Below, piece by piece: positions 23,823-37,989 of a stretch of 64,000 bases of DNA (its first letter is position 1; each line of letters starts with the position of its first letter). The stretch covers positions 235,972,001 through 236,036,000 of the forward strand of contig OZ024742.1 of assembly GCA_964016885.1 (NCBI GenBank), given 5' to 3'. Both the position numbers and the translations under genes were made by a program. This DNA comes from Eledone cirrhosa. Lineage: Eukaryota. The notes under the pieces are model-generated. The model made no database searches, was not told where the DNA came from, and worked only from the letters and a program-made list of their open reading frames with translations.

Positions 23823-25144
23823 AGCTACGTTCCGATTAAACACGTACTAGTAATTATAGTGTTAATGCTAGTTGTAAGTGAGACTCTGACTGACTGTTAA
23901 TTTGGAGAGACATTTTTTGTTTCTTTTATAACTTTCATTTATTTTATCATGTTTTCAGTTGTCGAGGTTTTTTAGGTCGTTTGGTCACCTCTTAAATCAA
24001 TAGTCCATTTCTCAATCATATCAAAATATCGATAAATCAATAACAAAGCCTCATCCAGTATATGAAGTGGCCAGTTGTTGAAGGTGTAATCGTAGCTGTG
24101 CGAATTAACATAATGTGGTTGCTATTTGTAATATAATGTGTATTTATTTACCAGTTGGCTCGTTTGTCTAGGGGTATGATTTTTCACTTAGGGTGCGACA
24201 GATCCCGGGTTCAAATCGCGGACGAGCCCAAACATTTAGGATATTATTTTCATTTTAAATCTATTTTCTGTCGCACCATGTTGACTTAGATGTAATAAAC
24301 ATTTAAATTTATATATTTTTCAGGTATCATCTAAATCTTTTTTTTTTACCTTTGGGAACTATTAGTATAACAGTCTGTGAAAAAGAGCTCAATTTCAAAC
24401 AACTAAATGCAAACTCTATTCTGAGTAACAAAAAGTATTTACATCTGCTTACGTTTTCGTGGTCTGCTTTATATGTAGAAAAATAATAATAAAACACTAC
24501 AGTCTTGGATCAGCATAGGTCACTCTGTTTTACTTGTAGTATTTTACATATTGGGTTTAAAAGGAAGAAACAATAGGGGCTGTAGGAAACGTCTAGATAA
24601 TCCGGAAAGAAAAAGAACGGGAAAAAGAGCAAGAAAACTGTTTTCTTTAAAAAAAAAAAAAGATGTTGATGGGCTCGTCCGTGATTTGCACCCTGGACCT
24701 CTCGCCCCCAAGGCGAGAACCATGCGTCTAGACCAACGAACAACGCATAACAATGCAATTAAATATATATTAGTAATTATAGTTTTAATGATAGTTGTAA
24801 CTGAGTCTCTATGTTGGAAACACTTTTTTCTTTCTTTTTTAACTTATGTTGGGAACATTTTTTTTGTTTGCTCTTTAATTTTAATTCATTTTATTATGTT
24901 TCTACAGATCTAAGATTTTGAGGACACCCGGTCTATTCTTCAAACTTAATTCCACTTCTCAATCATGTCCAAATATCATTATATCAATAACATCAACCCA
25001 ATAATCACAACTGACGCCATAACATTATTATTACACCTTTTTTATAAAGCATATGACGTGGCCAATTTCAGAAAGTGTAATATATTTGCAAAGTAATATA
25101 AACTTTCTGCTTTTAGTATATTAATTTGAACGTATTTACCAGTT

Positions 25145-25216
25145 GGTTCGTTGGTCTAGGGGTATGATTTTCGCTTAGGGTGCGAGAGGTCCCGGGTTCA
25201 AATCCCGGACGAGCCC
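25145..25216 (+). tRNA. tRNA-Pro-AGG: tRNA-Pro(AGG)
   Basis: Array consensus. Confidence 0.92.
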
Positions 25217-25663
25217 AAACTTTTTGGAATGTTTTTTATCGTAAGGCTATTTTCTGTAACACTGTGTTGACTTGGATGTAATGTACAGGTTTTTCAGGTA
25301 TCATCTAATCTTTTTTTCACTTTTGAGAACTATTAGTATAACTGTCTGTGATGAAAAAAAAAGCTCAATTTTAAACAACTAAATGCAAGCTCTATATAAT
25401 TTCTGAGTAACAAAGAGTATTTACATCTGTTTACGTTTCCGTGGTCTGGTTTATATGCAGAAAAATAGTAAAACTCTACAGACGTCGATCAGTATTGGTC
25501 ACTCAAATTTACTTGTAGTATTTAACATATTGGATTTAAAAGAAAACAATAGGGGTTGTGGCAAAAGTCGAGATCATCCGGAAAGAAGAACAAGAAAAAG
25601 AACTTTTGTGTACTGAACAAAAACTGTTTTGTTTTTTTTTGAAAAGAAATAAGAAGTTATAAT

Positions 25664-25735
25664 GGGCTCGTCCGGGATTTGAACCCGGGACCTCTCGCAC
25701 CCAAAGCGAGAATCATACCCCTAGACCAACGAGCC
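25664..25735 (-). tRNA. tRNA-Pro-TGG: tRNA-Pro(TGG)
   Basis: Canonical. Confidence 0.95.
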
Positions 25736-26258
25736 AGCTACGTTCCGATTAAACACGTACTAGTAATTATAGTGTTAATGCTAGTTGTAAGTGAGACTCT
25801 GACTGACTGTTAATTTGGAGAGACATTTTTTGTTTCTTTTATAACTTTCATTTATTTTATCATGTTTTCAGTTGTCGAGGTTTTTTAGGTCGTTTGGTCA
25901 CCTCTTAAATCAATAGTCCATTTCTCAATCATATCAAAATATCGATAAATCAATAACAAAGCCTCATCCAGTATATGAAGTGGCCAGTTGTTGAAGGTGT
26001 AATCGTAGCTGTGCGAATTAACATAATGTGGTTGCTATTTGTAATATAATGTGTATTTATTTACCAGTTGGCTCGTTTGTCTAGGGGTATGATTTTTCAC
26101 TTAGGGTGCGACAGATCCCGGGTTCAAATCGCGGACGAGCCCAAACATTTAGGATATTATTTTCATTTTAAATCTATTTTCTGTCGCACCATGTTGACTT
26201 AGATGTAATAAACATTTAAATTTATATATTTTTCAGGTATCATCTAAATCTTTTTTTT

Positions 26259-26300
26259 TTAGGGTGCGAGAGGTCCCGGGTTCAAATCCCGGACGAGCCC
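26259..26300 (+). pseudogene. 3' half of tRNA-Pro(AGG) at deletion junction
   Basis: Poly-T fused to agggtgcgagagg...gagccc. Confidence 0.92.
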
Positions 26301-26746
26301 AAACTTTTTGGAATGTTTTTTATCGTAAGGCTATTTTCTGTAACACTGTGTTGACTTGGATGTAATGTACAGGTTTTTCAGGTATCATCTAATCTTTTTT
26401 TCACTTTTGAGAACTATTAGTATAACTGTCTGTGATGAATAAAAAAGCTCAATTTAAAACAACTAAATGCAAGCTCTATATAATTTCTGAGTAACAAAGA
26501 GTATTTACATCTGTTTACGTTTCCGTGGTCTGGTTTATATGCAGAAAAATAGTAAAACTCTACAGACGTCGATCAGTATTGGTCACTCAAATTTACTTGT
26601 AGTATTTAACATATTGGATTTAAAAGAAAACAATAGGGGTTGTGGCAAAAGTCGAGATCATCCGGAAAGAAGAACAAGAAAAAGAACTTTTGTGTACTGA
26701 ACAAAAACTGTTTTGTTTTTTTTGAAAAGAAATAAGAGGTTATAAT

Positions 26747-26818
26747 GGGCTCGTCCGGGAATTGAACCCGGGACCTCTCGCACCCAAAGCGAGAATCATA
26801 CCCCTAGACCAACGAGCC
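26747..26818 (-). tRNA. tRNA-Pro-TGG: tRNA-Pro(TGG), A59T
   Basis: gggaattgaa variant. Confidence 0.9.
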
Positions 26819-28140
26819 AGCTACGTTCCGATTAAACACGTACTAGTAATTATAGTGTTAATGCTAGTTGTAAGTGAGACTCTGACTGACTGTTAATTTG
26901 GAGAGACATTTTTTGTTTCTTTTATAACTTTCATTTATTTTATCATGTTTTCAGTTGTCGAGGTTTTTTAGGTCATTTGGTCACCTCTTAAATCAATAGT
27001 CCATTTCTCAATCATATCAAAATATCGATAAATCAATAACAAAGCCTCATCCAGTATATGAAGTGGCCAGTTGTTGAAGGTGTAATCGTAGCTGTGCGAA
27101 TTAACATAATGTGGTTGCTATTTGTAATATAATGTGTATTTATTTACCAGTTGGCTCGTTTGTCTAGGGGTATGATTTTTCACTTAGGGTGCGACAGATC
27201 CCGGGTTCAAATCGCGGACGAGCCCAAACATTTAGGATATTATTTTCATTTTAAATCTATTTTCTGTCGCACCATGTTGACTTAGATGTAATAAACATTT
27301 AAATTTATATATTTTTCAGGTATCATCTAAATCTTTTTTTTTTACCTTTGGGAACTATTAGTATAACAGTCTGTGAAAAAGAGCTCAATTTCAAACAACT
27401 AAATGCAAACTCTATTCTGAGTAACAAAAAGTATTTACATCTGCTTACGTTTTCGTGGTCTGCTTTATATGTAGAAAAATAATAATAAAACACTACAGAC
27501 TTGGATCAGCATAGGTCACTCTGTTTTACTTGTAGTATTTTACATATTGGGTTTAAAAGGAAGAAACAATAGGGGCTGTAGGAAACGTCTAGATAATCCG
27601 GAAAGAAAAAGAACGGGAAAAAGAGCAAGAAAACTGTTTTCTTTAAAAAAAAAAAAAGATGTTGATGGGCTCGTCCGTGATTTGCACCCTGGACCTCTCG
27701 CACCCAAGGCGAGAACCATGCGTCTAGACCAACGAACAACGCATAACAATGCAATTAAATATATATTAGTAATTATAGTTTTAATGATAGTTGTAACTGA
27801 GTCTCTATGTTGGAAACACTTTTTTCTTTCTTTTTTAACTTATGTTGGGAACATTTTTTTTGTTTGCTCTTTAATTTTAATTCATTTTATTATGTTTCTA
27901 CAGATCTAGGATTTTGAGGACACCCGGTCTATTCTTCAAACTTAATTCCACTTCTCAATCATGTCCAAATATCAATAAATCAATAACATCAACCCAATAA
28001 TCACAACTGACGCCATAACATTATTATTACACCTTATTTATAAAGCATATGACGTGGCCAATTTCAGAAAGTGTAATATATTTGCAAAGTAATATAAACT
28101 TTCTGCTTTTAGTATATTAATTTGAACGTATTTACCAGTT

Positions 28141-28212
28141 GGTTCGTTGGTCTAGGGGTATGATTTTCGCTTAGGGTGCGAGAGGTCCCGGGTTCAAATC
28201 CCGGACGAGCCC
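28141..28212 (+). tRNA. tRNA-Pro-AGG: tRNA-Pro(AGG)
   Basis: Array consensus. Confidence 0.92.
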
Positions 28213-28659
28213 AAACTTTTTGGAATGTTTTTTATCGTAAGGCTATTTTCTGTAACACTGTGTTGACTTGGATGTAATGTACAGGTTTTTCAGGTATCAT
28301 CTAATCTTTTTTTCACTTTTGAGAACTATTAGTATAACTGTCTGTGATGAAAAAAAAAGCTCAATTTTAAACAACTAAATGCAAGCTCTATATAATTTCT
28401 GAGTAACAAAGAGTATTTACATCTGTTTACGTTTCCGTGGTCTGGTTTATATGCAGAAAAATAGTAAAACTCTACAGACGTCGATCAGTATTGGTCACTC
28501 AAATTTACTTGTAGTATTTAACATATTCGATTTAAAAGAAAACAATAGGGGTTGTGGCAAAAGTCGAGATCATCCGGAAAGAAGAACAAGAAAAAGAACT
28601 TTTGTGTACTGAACAAAAACTGTTTTGTTTTTTTTTGAAAAGAAATAAGAAGTTATAAT

Positions 28660-28731
28660 GGGCTCGTCCGGGATTTGAACCCGGGACCTCTCGCACCCAA
28701 AGCGAGAATCATACCCCTAGACCAACGAGCC
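28660..28731 (-). tRNA. tRNA-Pro-TGG: tRNA-Pro(TGG)
   Basis: Canonical. Confidence 0.95.
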
Positions 28732-29254
28732 AGCTACGTTCCGATTAAACACGTACTAGTAATTATAGTGTTAATGCTAGTTGTAAGTGAGACTCTGACT
28801 GACTGTTAATTTGGAGAGACATTTTTTGTTTCTTTTATAACTTTCATTTATTTTATCATGTTTTCAGTTGTCGAGGTTTTTTAGGTCGTTTGGTCACCTC
28901 TTAAATCAATAGTCCATTTCTCAATCATATCAAAATATCGATAAATCAATAACAAAGCCTCATCCAGTATATGAAGTGGCCAGTTGTTGAAGGTGTAATC
29001 GTAGCTGTGCGAATTAACATAATGTGGTTGCTATTTGTAATATAATGTGTATTTATTTACCAGTTGGCTCGTTTGTCTAGGGGTATGATTTTTCACTTAG
29101 GGTGCGACAGATCCCGGGTTCAAATCGCGGACGAGCCCAAACATTTAGGATATTATTTTCATTTTAAATCTATTTTCTGTCGCACCATGTTGACTTAGAT
29201 GTAATAAACATTTAAATTTATATATTTTTCAGGTATCATCTAAATCTTTTTTTT

Positions 29255-29296
29255 TTAGGGTGCGAGAGGTCCCGGGTTCAAATCCCGGACGAGCCC
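29255..29296 (+). pseudogene. 3' half of tRNA-Pro(AGG) at deletion junction
   Basis: Same junction as 26259. Confidence 0.92.
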
Positions 29297-29742
29297 AAAC
29301 TTTTTGGAATGTTTTTTATCGTAAGGCTATTTTCTGTAACACTGTGTTGACTTGGATGTAATGTACAGGTTTTTCAGGTATCATCTAATCTTTTTTTCAC
29401 TTTTGAGAACTATTAGTATAACTGTCTGTGATGAATAAAAAAGCTCAATTTAAAACAACTAAATGCAAGCTCTATATAATTTCTGAGTAACAAAGAGTAT
29501 TTACATCTGTTTACGTTTCCGTGGTCTGGTTTAAATGCAGAAAAATAGTAAAACTCTACAGACGTCGATCAGTATTGGTCACTCAAATTTACTTGTAGTA
29601 TTTAACATATTGGATTTAAAATAAAACAATAGGGGTTGTGGCAAAAGTCGAGATCATCCGGAAAGAAGAACAAGAAAAGGAACTTTTGTGTACTGAACAA
29701 AAACTGTTTTGTTTTTTTTGAAAAGAAATATGAGGTTATAAT

Positions 29743-29814
29743 GGGCTCGTCCGGGATTTGAACCCGGGACCTCTCGCACCCAAAGCGAGAATCATACCCC
29801 TAGACCAACGAGCC
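29743..29814 (-). tRNA. tRNA-Pro-TGG: tRNA-Pro(TGG)
   Basis: Canonical. Confidence 0.95.
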
Positions 29815-31140
29815 AGCTACGTTCCGATTAAACACGTACTAGTAATTATAGTGTTAATGCTAGTTGTAAGTGAGACTCTGACTGACTGTTAATTTGGAGA
29901 GACATTTTTTGTTTCTTTTATAACTTTCATTTATTTTATCATGTTTTCAGTTGTCGAGGTTTTTTAGGTCGTTTGGTCACCTCTTAAATCAATAGTCCAT
30001 TTCTCAATCATATCAAAATATCGATAAATCAATAACAAAGCCTCATCCAGTATATGAAGTGGCCAGTTGTTGAATGTGTAATCGTAGCTGTGCGAATTAA
30101 CATAATGTGGTTGCTATTTGTAATATAATGTGTATTTATTTACCAGTTGGCTCGTTTGTCTAGGGGTATGATTTTTCACTTAGGGTGCGACAGATCCCGG
30201 GTTCAAATCGCGGACGAGCCCAAACATTTAGGATATTATTTTCATTTTAAATCTATTTTCTGTCGCACCATGTTGACTTAGATGTAATAAACATTTAAAT
30301 TTATATATTTTTCAGGTATCATCTAAATCTTTTTTTCTTACCTATGGGAACTATTAGTATAACAGTCTGTGAAAAAGAGCTCAATTTCAAACAACTAAAT
30401 GCAAGCTCTATTCTGAGTAACAAAAAGTATTTACATCTGCTTACGTTTTCGTGGTCTGCTTTATATGTAGAAAAATAATAATAAAACACTACAGACTTGG
30501 ATCAGCATAGGTCACTCTGTTTTACTTGTAGTATTTTACATATTGGGTTTAAAAGGAAGAAACAATAGCGGCTGTAGGAGACGTCTAGATAATCCGGAAA
30601 GAATAAGAACGGGAAAAAGAGCAAGAAAACTGTTTTCTTTAAAAAAAAAAAAACATGATGATGGGCTCGTCCGTGATTTGCACCCTGGACCTCTCGCACC
30701 CAAGGCGAGAACCATGCGTCTAGACCAACGAACAACGCATAACAATGCAATTAAATATATATTAGTAATTATAGTTTTAATGATAGTTGTAACTGAGTCT
30801 CTATGTTGGAAACACTTTTTTCTTTCTTTTTTAACTTATGTTGGGAACATTTTTTTTGTTTGCTCTTTAATTTTAATTCATTTTATTATGTTTCTACAGA
30901 TCTAGGATTTTGAGGACACCCGGTCTATTCTTCAAACTTAATTCCACTTCTCAATCATGTCCAAATATCAATAAATCAATAACATCAACCCAATAATCAC
31001 AACTGACGCCATAACATTACTATTACACCTTTTTTATAAAGCATATGACGTGGCCAATTTCAGAAAGTGTAATATATTTATTTGCAAAGTAATATAAACT
31101 TTCTGCTTTTAGTATATTAATTTGAACGTATTTACCAGTT

Positions 31141-31212
31141 GGTTCGTTGGTCTAGGGGTATGATTTTCGCTTAGGGTGCGAGAGGTCCCGGGTTCAAATC
31201 CCGGACGAGCCC
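31141..31212 (+). tRNA. tRNA-Pro-AGG: tRNA-Pro(AGG)
   Basis: Array consensus. Confidence 0.92.
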
Positions 31213-31658
31213 AAACTTTTTGGAATGTTTTTTATCGTAAGGCTATTTTCTGTAACACTGTGTGGACTTGGATGTAATGTACATGTTTTTCAGGTATCAT
31301 CTAATCTTTTTTTCACTTTTGAGAACTATTAGTATAACTGTCTGTGATGAAAAAAAAAGCTCAATTTAAAACAACTAAATGCAAGCTCTATATAATTTCT
31401 GAGTAACAAAGAGTATTTACATCTGTTTACGTTTCCGTGGTCTGGTTTATATGCAGAAAAATAGTAAAACTCTACAGACGTCGATCAGTATTGGTCACTC
31501 AAATTTACTTGTAGTATTTAACATATTGGATTTAAAAGAAAACAATAGGGGTTGTGGCAAAAGTCGAGATCATCCGGAAAGAAGAACAAGAAAAAGAACT
31601 TTTGTGTACTGAACAAAAACTGTTTTGTTTTTTTTGAAAAGAAATAAGAGGTTATAAT

Positions 31659-31730
31659 GGGCTCGTCCGGGATTTGAACCCGGGACCTCTCGCACCCAAA
31701 GCGAGAATCATACCCCTAGACCAACGAGCC
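31659..31730 (-). tRNA. tRNA-Pro-TGG: tRNA-Pro(TGG)
   Basis: Canonical. Confidence 0.95.
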
Positions 31731-33052
31731 AGCTACGTTCCGATTAAACACGTACTAGTAATTATAGTGTTAATGCTAGTTGTAAGTGAGACTCTGACTG
31801 ACTGTTAATTTGGAGAGACATTTTTTGTTTCTTTTATAACTTTCATTTATTTTATCATGTTTTCAGTTGTCGAGGTTTTTTAGGTCGTTTGGTCACCTCT
31901 TAAATCAATAGTCCATTTCTCAATCATATCAAAATATCGATAAATCAATAACAAAGCCTCATCCAGTATATGAAGTGGCCAGTTGTTGAAGGTGTAATCG
32001 TAGCTGTGCGAATTAACATAATGTGGTTGCTATTTGTAATATAATGTGTATTTATTTACCAGTTGGCTCGTTTGTCTAGGGGTATGATTTTTCACTTAGG
32101 GTGCGACAGATCCCGGGTTCAAATCGCGGACGAGCCCAAACATTTAGGATATTATTTTCATTTTAAATCTATTTTCTGTCGCACCATGTTGACTTAGATG
32201 TAATAAACATTTAAATTTATATATTTTTCAGGTATCATCTAAATCTTTTTTTTTTACCTATTGGAACTATTAGTATAACAGTCTGTGAAAAAGAGCTCAA
32301 TTTCAAACAACTAAATGCAAACTCTATTCTGAGTAACAAAAAGTATTTACATCTGCTTACGTTTTCGTGGTCTGCTTTATATGTAGAAAAATAATAATAA
32401 AACACTACAGTCTTGGATCAGCATAGGTCACTCTGTTTTACTTGTAGTATTTTACATATTGGGTTTAAAAGGAAGAAACAATAGGGGCTGTAGGAAACGT
32501 CTAGATAATCCGGAAAGAAAAAGAACGGGAAAAAGAGCAAGAAAACTGTTTTCTTTAAAAAAAAAAAAAGATGTTGATGGGCTCGTCCGTGATTTGCACC
32601 CTGGACCTCTCGCCCCCAAGGCGAGAACCATGCGTCTAGACCAACGAACAACGCATAACAATGCAATTAAATATATATTAGTAATTATAGTTTTAATGAT
32701 AGTTGTAACTGAGTCTCTATGTTGGAAACACTTTTTTCTTTCTTTTTTAACTTATGTTGGGAACATTTTTTTTGTTTGCTCTTTAATTTTAATTCATTTT
32801 ATTATGTTTCTACAGATCTAGGATTTTGAGGACACCCGGTCTATTCTTCAAACTTAATTCCACTTCTCAATCATGTCCAAATATCAATAAATCAATAACA
32901 TCAACCCAATAATCACAACTGACGCCATAACATTATTATTACACCTTATTTATAAAGCATATGACGTGGCCAATTTCAGAAAGTGTAATATATTTGCAAA
33001 GTAATATAAACTTTCTGCTTTTAGTATATTAATTTGAACGTATTTACCAGTT

Positions 33053-33124
33053 GGTTCGTTGGTCTAGGGGTATGATTTTCGCTTAGGGTGCGAGAGGTCC
33101 CGGGTTCAAATCCCGGACGAGCCC
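33053..33124 (+). tRNA. tRNA-Pro-AGG: tRNA-Pro(AGG)
   Basis: Array consensus. Confidence 0.92.
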
Positions 33125-33570
33125 AAAGTTTTTGGAATGTTTTTTATCGTAAGGCTATTTTCTGTAACACTGTGTGGACTTGGATGTAATGTACATGTTT
33201 TTCAGGTATCATCTAATCTTTTTTTCACTTTTGAGAACTATTAGTATAACTGTCTGTGATGAAAAAAAAAGCTCAATTTAAAACAACTAAATGCAAGCTC
33301 TATATAATTTCTGAGTAACAAAGAGTATTTACATCTGTTTACGTTTCCGTGGTCTGGTTTATATGCAGAAAAATAGTAAAACTCTACAGACGTCGATCAG
33401 TATTGGTCACTCAAATTTACTTGTAGTATTTAACATATTGGATTTAAAAGAAAACAATAGGGGTTGTGGCAAAAGTCGAGATCATCCGGAAAGAAGAACA
33501 AGAAAAAGAACTTTTGTGTACTGAACAAAAACTGTTTTGTTTTTTTTGAAAAGAAATAAGAGGTTATAAT

Positions 33571-33642
33571 GGGCTCGTCCGGGATTTGAACCCGGGACCT
33601 CTCGCACCCAAAGCGAGAATCATACCCCTAGACCAACGAGCC
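33571..33642 (-). tRNA. tRNA-Pro-TGG: tRNA-Pro(TGG)
   Basis: Canonical. Confidence 0.95.
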
Positions 33643-34964
33643 AGCTACGTTCCGATTAAACACGTACTAGTAATTATAGTGTTAATGCTAGTTGTAAGTG
33701 AGACTCTGACTGACTGTTAATTTGGAGAGACATTTTTTGTTTCTTTTATAACTTTCATTTATTTTATCATGTTTTCAGTTGTCGAGGTTTTTTAGGTCGT
33801 TTGGTCACCTCTTAAATCAATAGTCCATTTCTCAATCATATCAAAATATCGATAAATCAATAACAAAGCCTCATCCAGTATATGAAGTGGCCAGTTGTTG
33901 AAGGTGTAATCGTAGCTGTGCGAATTAACATAATGTGGTTGCTATTTGTAATATAATGTGTATTTATTTACCAGTTGGCTCGTTTGTCTAGGGGTATGAT
34001 TTTTCACTTAGGGTGCGACAGATCCCGGGTTCAAATCGCGGACGAGCCCAAACATTTAGGATATTATTTTCATTTTAAATCTATTTTCTGTCGCACCATG
34101 TTGACTTAGATGTAATAAACATTTAAATTTATATATTTTTCAGGTATCATCTAAATCTTTTTTTTTTACCTTTGGGAACTATTAGTATAACAGTCTGTGA
34201 AAAAGAGCTCAATTTCAAACAACTAAATGCAAACTCTATTCTGAGTAACAAAAAGTATTTACATCTGCTTACGTTTTCGTGGTCTGCTTTATATGTAGAA
34301 AAATAATAATAAAACACTACAGTCTTGGATCAGCATAGGTCACTCTGTTTTACTTGTAGTATTTTACATATTGGGTTTAAAAGGAAGAAACAATAGGGGC
34401 TGTAGGAAACGTCTAGATAATCCGGAAAGAAAAAGAACGGGAAAAAGAGCAAGAAAACTGTTTTCTTTAAAAAAAAAAAAAGATGTTGATGGGCTCGTCC
34501 GTGATTTGCACCCTGGACCTCTCGCCCCCAAGGCGAGAACCATGCGTCTAGACCAACGAACAACGCATAACAATGCAATTAAATATATATTAGTAATTAT
34601 AGTTTTAATGATAGTTGTAACTGAGTCTCTATGTTGGAAACACTTTTTTCTTTCTTTTTTAACTTATGTTGGGAACATTTTTTTTGTTTGCTCTTTAATT
34701 TTAATTCATTTTATTATGTTTCTACAGATCTAGGATTTTGAGGACACCCGGTCTATTCTTCAAACTTAATTCCACTTCTCAATCATGTCCAAATATCAAT
34801 AAATCAATAACATCAACCCAATAATCACAACTGACGCCATAACATTATTATTACACCTTATTTATAAAGCATATGACGTGGCCAATTTCAGAAAGTGTAA
34901 TATATTTGCAAAGTAATATAAACTTTCTGCTTTTAGTATATTAATTTGAACGTATTTACCAGTT

Positions 34965-35036
34965 GGTTCGTTGGTCTAGGGGTATGATTTTCGCTTAGGG
35001 TGCGAGAGGTCCCGGGTTCAAATCCCGGACGAGCCC
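34965..35036 (+). tRNA. tRNA-Pro-AGG: tRNA-Pro(AGG)
   Basis: Array consensus. Confidence 0.92.
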
Positions 35037-35482
35037 AAACTTTTTGGAATGTTTTTTATCGTAAGGCTATTTTCTGTAACACTGTGTTGACTTGGATGTA
35101 ATGTACAGGTTTTTCAGGTATCATCTAATCTTTTTTTCACTTTTGAGAACTATTAGTATAACTGTCTGTGATGAAAAAAAAAGCTCAATTTAAAACAACT
35201 AAATGCAAGCTCTATATAATTTCTGAGTAACAAAGAGTATTTACATCTGTTTACGTTTCCGTGGTCTGGTTTATATGCAGAAAAATAGTAAAACTCTACA
35301 GACGTCGATCAGTATTGGTCACTCAAATTTACTTGTAGTATTTAACATATTGGATTTAAAAGAAAACAATAGGGGTTGTGGCAAAAGTCGAGATCATCCG
35401 GAAAGAAGAACAAGAAAAAGAACTTTTGTGTACTGAACAAAAACTGTTTTGTTTTTTTTGAAAAGAAATAAGAGGTTATAAT

Positions 35483-35554
35483 GGGCTCGTCCGGGAATTG
35501 AACCCGGGACCTCTCGCACCCAAAGCGAGAATCATACCCCTAGACCAACGAGCC
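35483..35554 (-). tRNA. tRNA-Pro-TGG: tRNA-Pro(TGG), A59T
   Basis: gggaattgaa variant. Confidence 0.9.
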
Positions 35555-36876
35555 AGCTACGTTCCGATTAAACACGTACTAGTAATTATAGTGTTAATGC
35601 TAGTTGTAAGTGAGACTCTGACTGACTGTTAATTTGGAGAGACATTTTTTGTTTCTTTTATAACTTTCATTTATTTTATCATGTTTTCAGTTGTCGAGGT
35701 TTTTTAGGTCATTTGGTCACCTCTTAAATCAATAGTCCATTTCTCAATCATATCAAAATATCGATAAATCAATAACAAAGCCTCATCCAGTATATGAAGT
35801 GGCCAGTTGTTGAAGGTGTAATCGTAGCTGTGCGAATTAACATAATGTGGTTGCTATTTGTAATATAATGTGTATTTATTTACCAGTTGGCTCGTTTGTC
35901 TAGGGGTATGATTTTTCACTTAGGGTGCGACAGATCCCGGGTTCAAATCGCGGACCAGCCCAAACATTTAGGATATTATTTTCATTTTAAATCTATTTTC
36001 TGTCGCACCATGTTGACTTAGATGTAATAAACATTTAAATTTATATATTTTTCAGGTATCATCTAAATCTTTTTTTTTTACCTTTGGGAACTATTAGTAT
36101 AACAGTCTGTGAAAAAGAGCTCAATTTCAAACAACTAAATGCAAACTCTATTCTGAGTAACAAAAAGTATTTACATCTGCTTACGTTTTCGTGGTCTGCT
36201 TTATATGTAGAAAAATAATAATAAAACACTACAGACTTGGATCAGCATAGGTCACTCTGTTTTACTTGTAGTATTTTACATATTGGGTTTAAAAGGAAGA
36301 AACAATAGGGGCTGTAGGAAACGTCTAGATAATCCGGAAAGAAAAAGAACGGGAAAAAGAGCAAGAAAACTGTTTTCTTTAAAAAAAAAAAAAGATGTTG
36401 ATGGGCTCGTCCGTGATTTGCACCCTGGACCTCTCGCACCCAAGGCGAGAACCATGCGTCTAGACCAACGAACAACGCATAACAATGCAATTAAATATAT
36501 ATTAGTAATTATAGTTTTAATGATAGTTGTAACTGAGTCTCTATGTTGGAAACACTTTTTTCTTTCTTTTTTAACTTATGTTGGGAACATTTTTTTTGTT
36601 TGCTCTTTAATTTTAATTCATTTTATTATGTTTCTACAGATCTAGGATTTTGAGGACACCCGGTCTATTCTTCAAACTTAATTCCACTTCTCAATCATGT
36701 CCAAATATCAATAAATCAATAACATCAACCCAATAATCACAACTGACGCCATAACATTATTATTACACCTTATTTATAAAGCATATGACGTGGCCAATTT
36801 CAGAAAGTGTAATATATTTGCAAAGTAATATAAACTTTCTGCTTTTAGTATATTAATTTGAACGTATTTACCAGTT

Positions 36877-36948
36877 GGTTCGTTGGTCTAGGGGTATGAT
36901 TTTCGCTTAGGGTGCGAGAGGTCCCGGGTTCAAATCCCGGACGAACCC
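36877..36948 (+). tRNA. tRNA-Pro-AGG: tRNA-Pro(AGG), G70A (U3:A70)
   Basis: Ends acgaaccc. Confidence 0.9.
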
Positions 36949-37394
36949 AAACTTTTTGGAATGTTTTTTATCGTAAGGCTATTTTCTGTAACACTGTGTT
37001 GACTTGGATGTAATGTACAGGTTTTTCAGGTATCATCTAATCTTTTTTTCACTTTTGAGAACTATTAGTATAACTGTCTGTGATGAAAAAAAAAGCTCAA
37101 TTTTAAACAACTAAATGCAAGCTCTATATAATTTCTGAGTAACAAAGAGTATTTACATCTGTTTACGTTTCCGTGGTCTGGTTTATATGCAGAAAAATAG
37201 TAAAACTCTACAGACGTCGATCAGTATTGGTCACTCAAATTTACTTGTAGTATTTAACATATTGGATTTAAAAGAAAACAATAGGGGTTGTGGCAAAAGT
37301 CGAGATCATCCGGAAAGAAGAACAAGAAAAAGAACTTTTGTGTACTGAACAAAAACTGTTTTGTTTTTTTTGAAAAGAAATAAGAGGTTATAAT

Positions 37395-37466
37395 GGGCTC
37401 GTCCGGGATTTGAACCCGGGACCTCTCGCACCCAAAGCGAGAATCATACCCCTAGACCAACGAGCC
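37395..37466 (-). tRNA. tRNA-Pro-TGG: tRNA-Pro(TGG)
   Basis: Canonical. Confidence 0.95.
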
Positions 37467-37989
37467 AGCTACGTTCCGATTAAACACGTACTAGTAATTA
37501 TAGTGTTAATGCTAGTTGTAAGTGAGACTCTGACTGACTGTTAATTTGGAGAGACATTTTTTGTTTCTTTTATAACTTTCATTTATTTTATCATGTTTTC
37601 AGTTGTCGAGGTTTTTTAGGTCGTTTGGTCACCTCTTAAATCAATAGTCCATTTCTCAATCATATCAAAATATCGATAAATCAATAACAAAGCCTCATCC
37701 AGTATATGAAGTGGCCAGTTGTTGAAGGTGTAATCGTAGCTGTGCGAATTAACATAATGTGGTTGCTATTTGTAATATAATGTGTATTTATTTACCAGTT
37801 GGCTCGTTTGTCTAGGGGTATGATTTTTCACTTAGGGTGCGACAGATCCCGGGTTCAAATCGCGGACCAGCCCAAACATTTAGGATATTATTTTCATTTT
37901 AAATCTATTTTCTGTCGCACCATGTTGACTTAGATGTAATAAACATTTAAATTTATATATTTTTCAGGTATCATCTAAATCTTTTTTTT

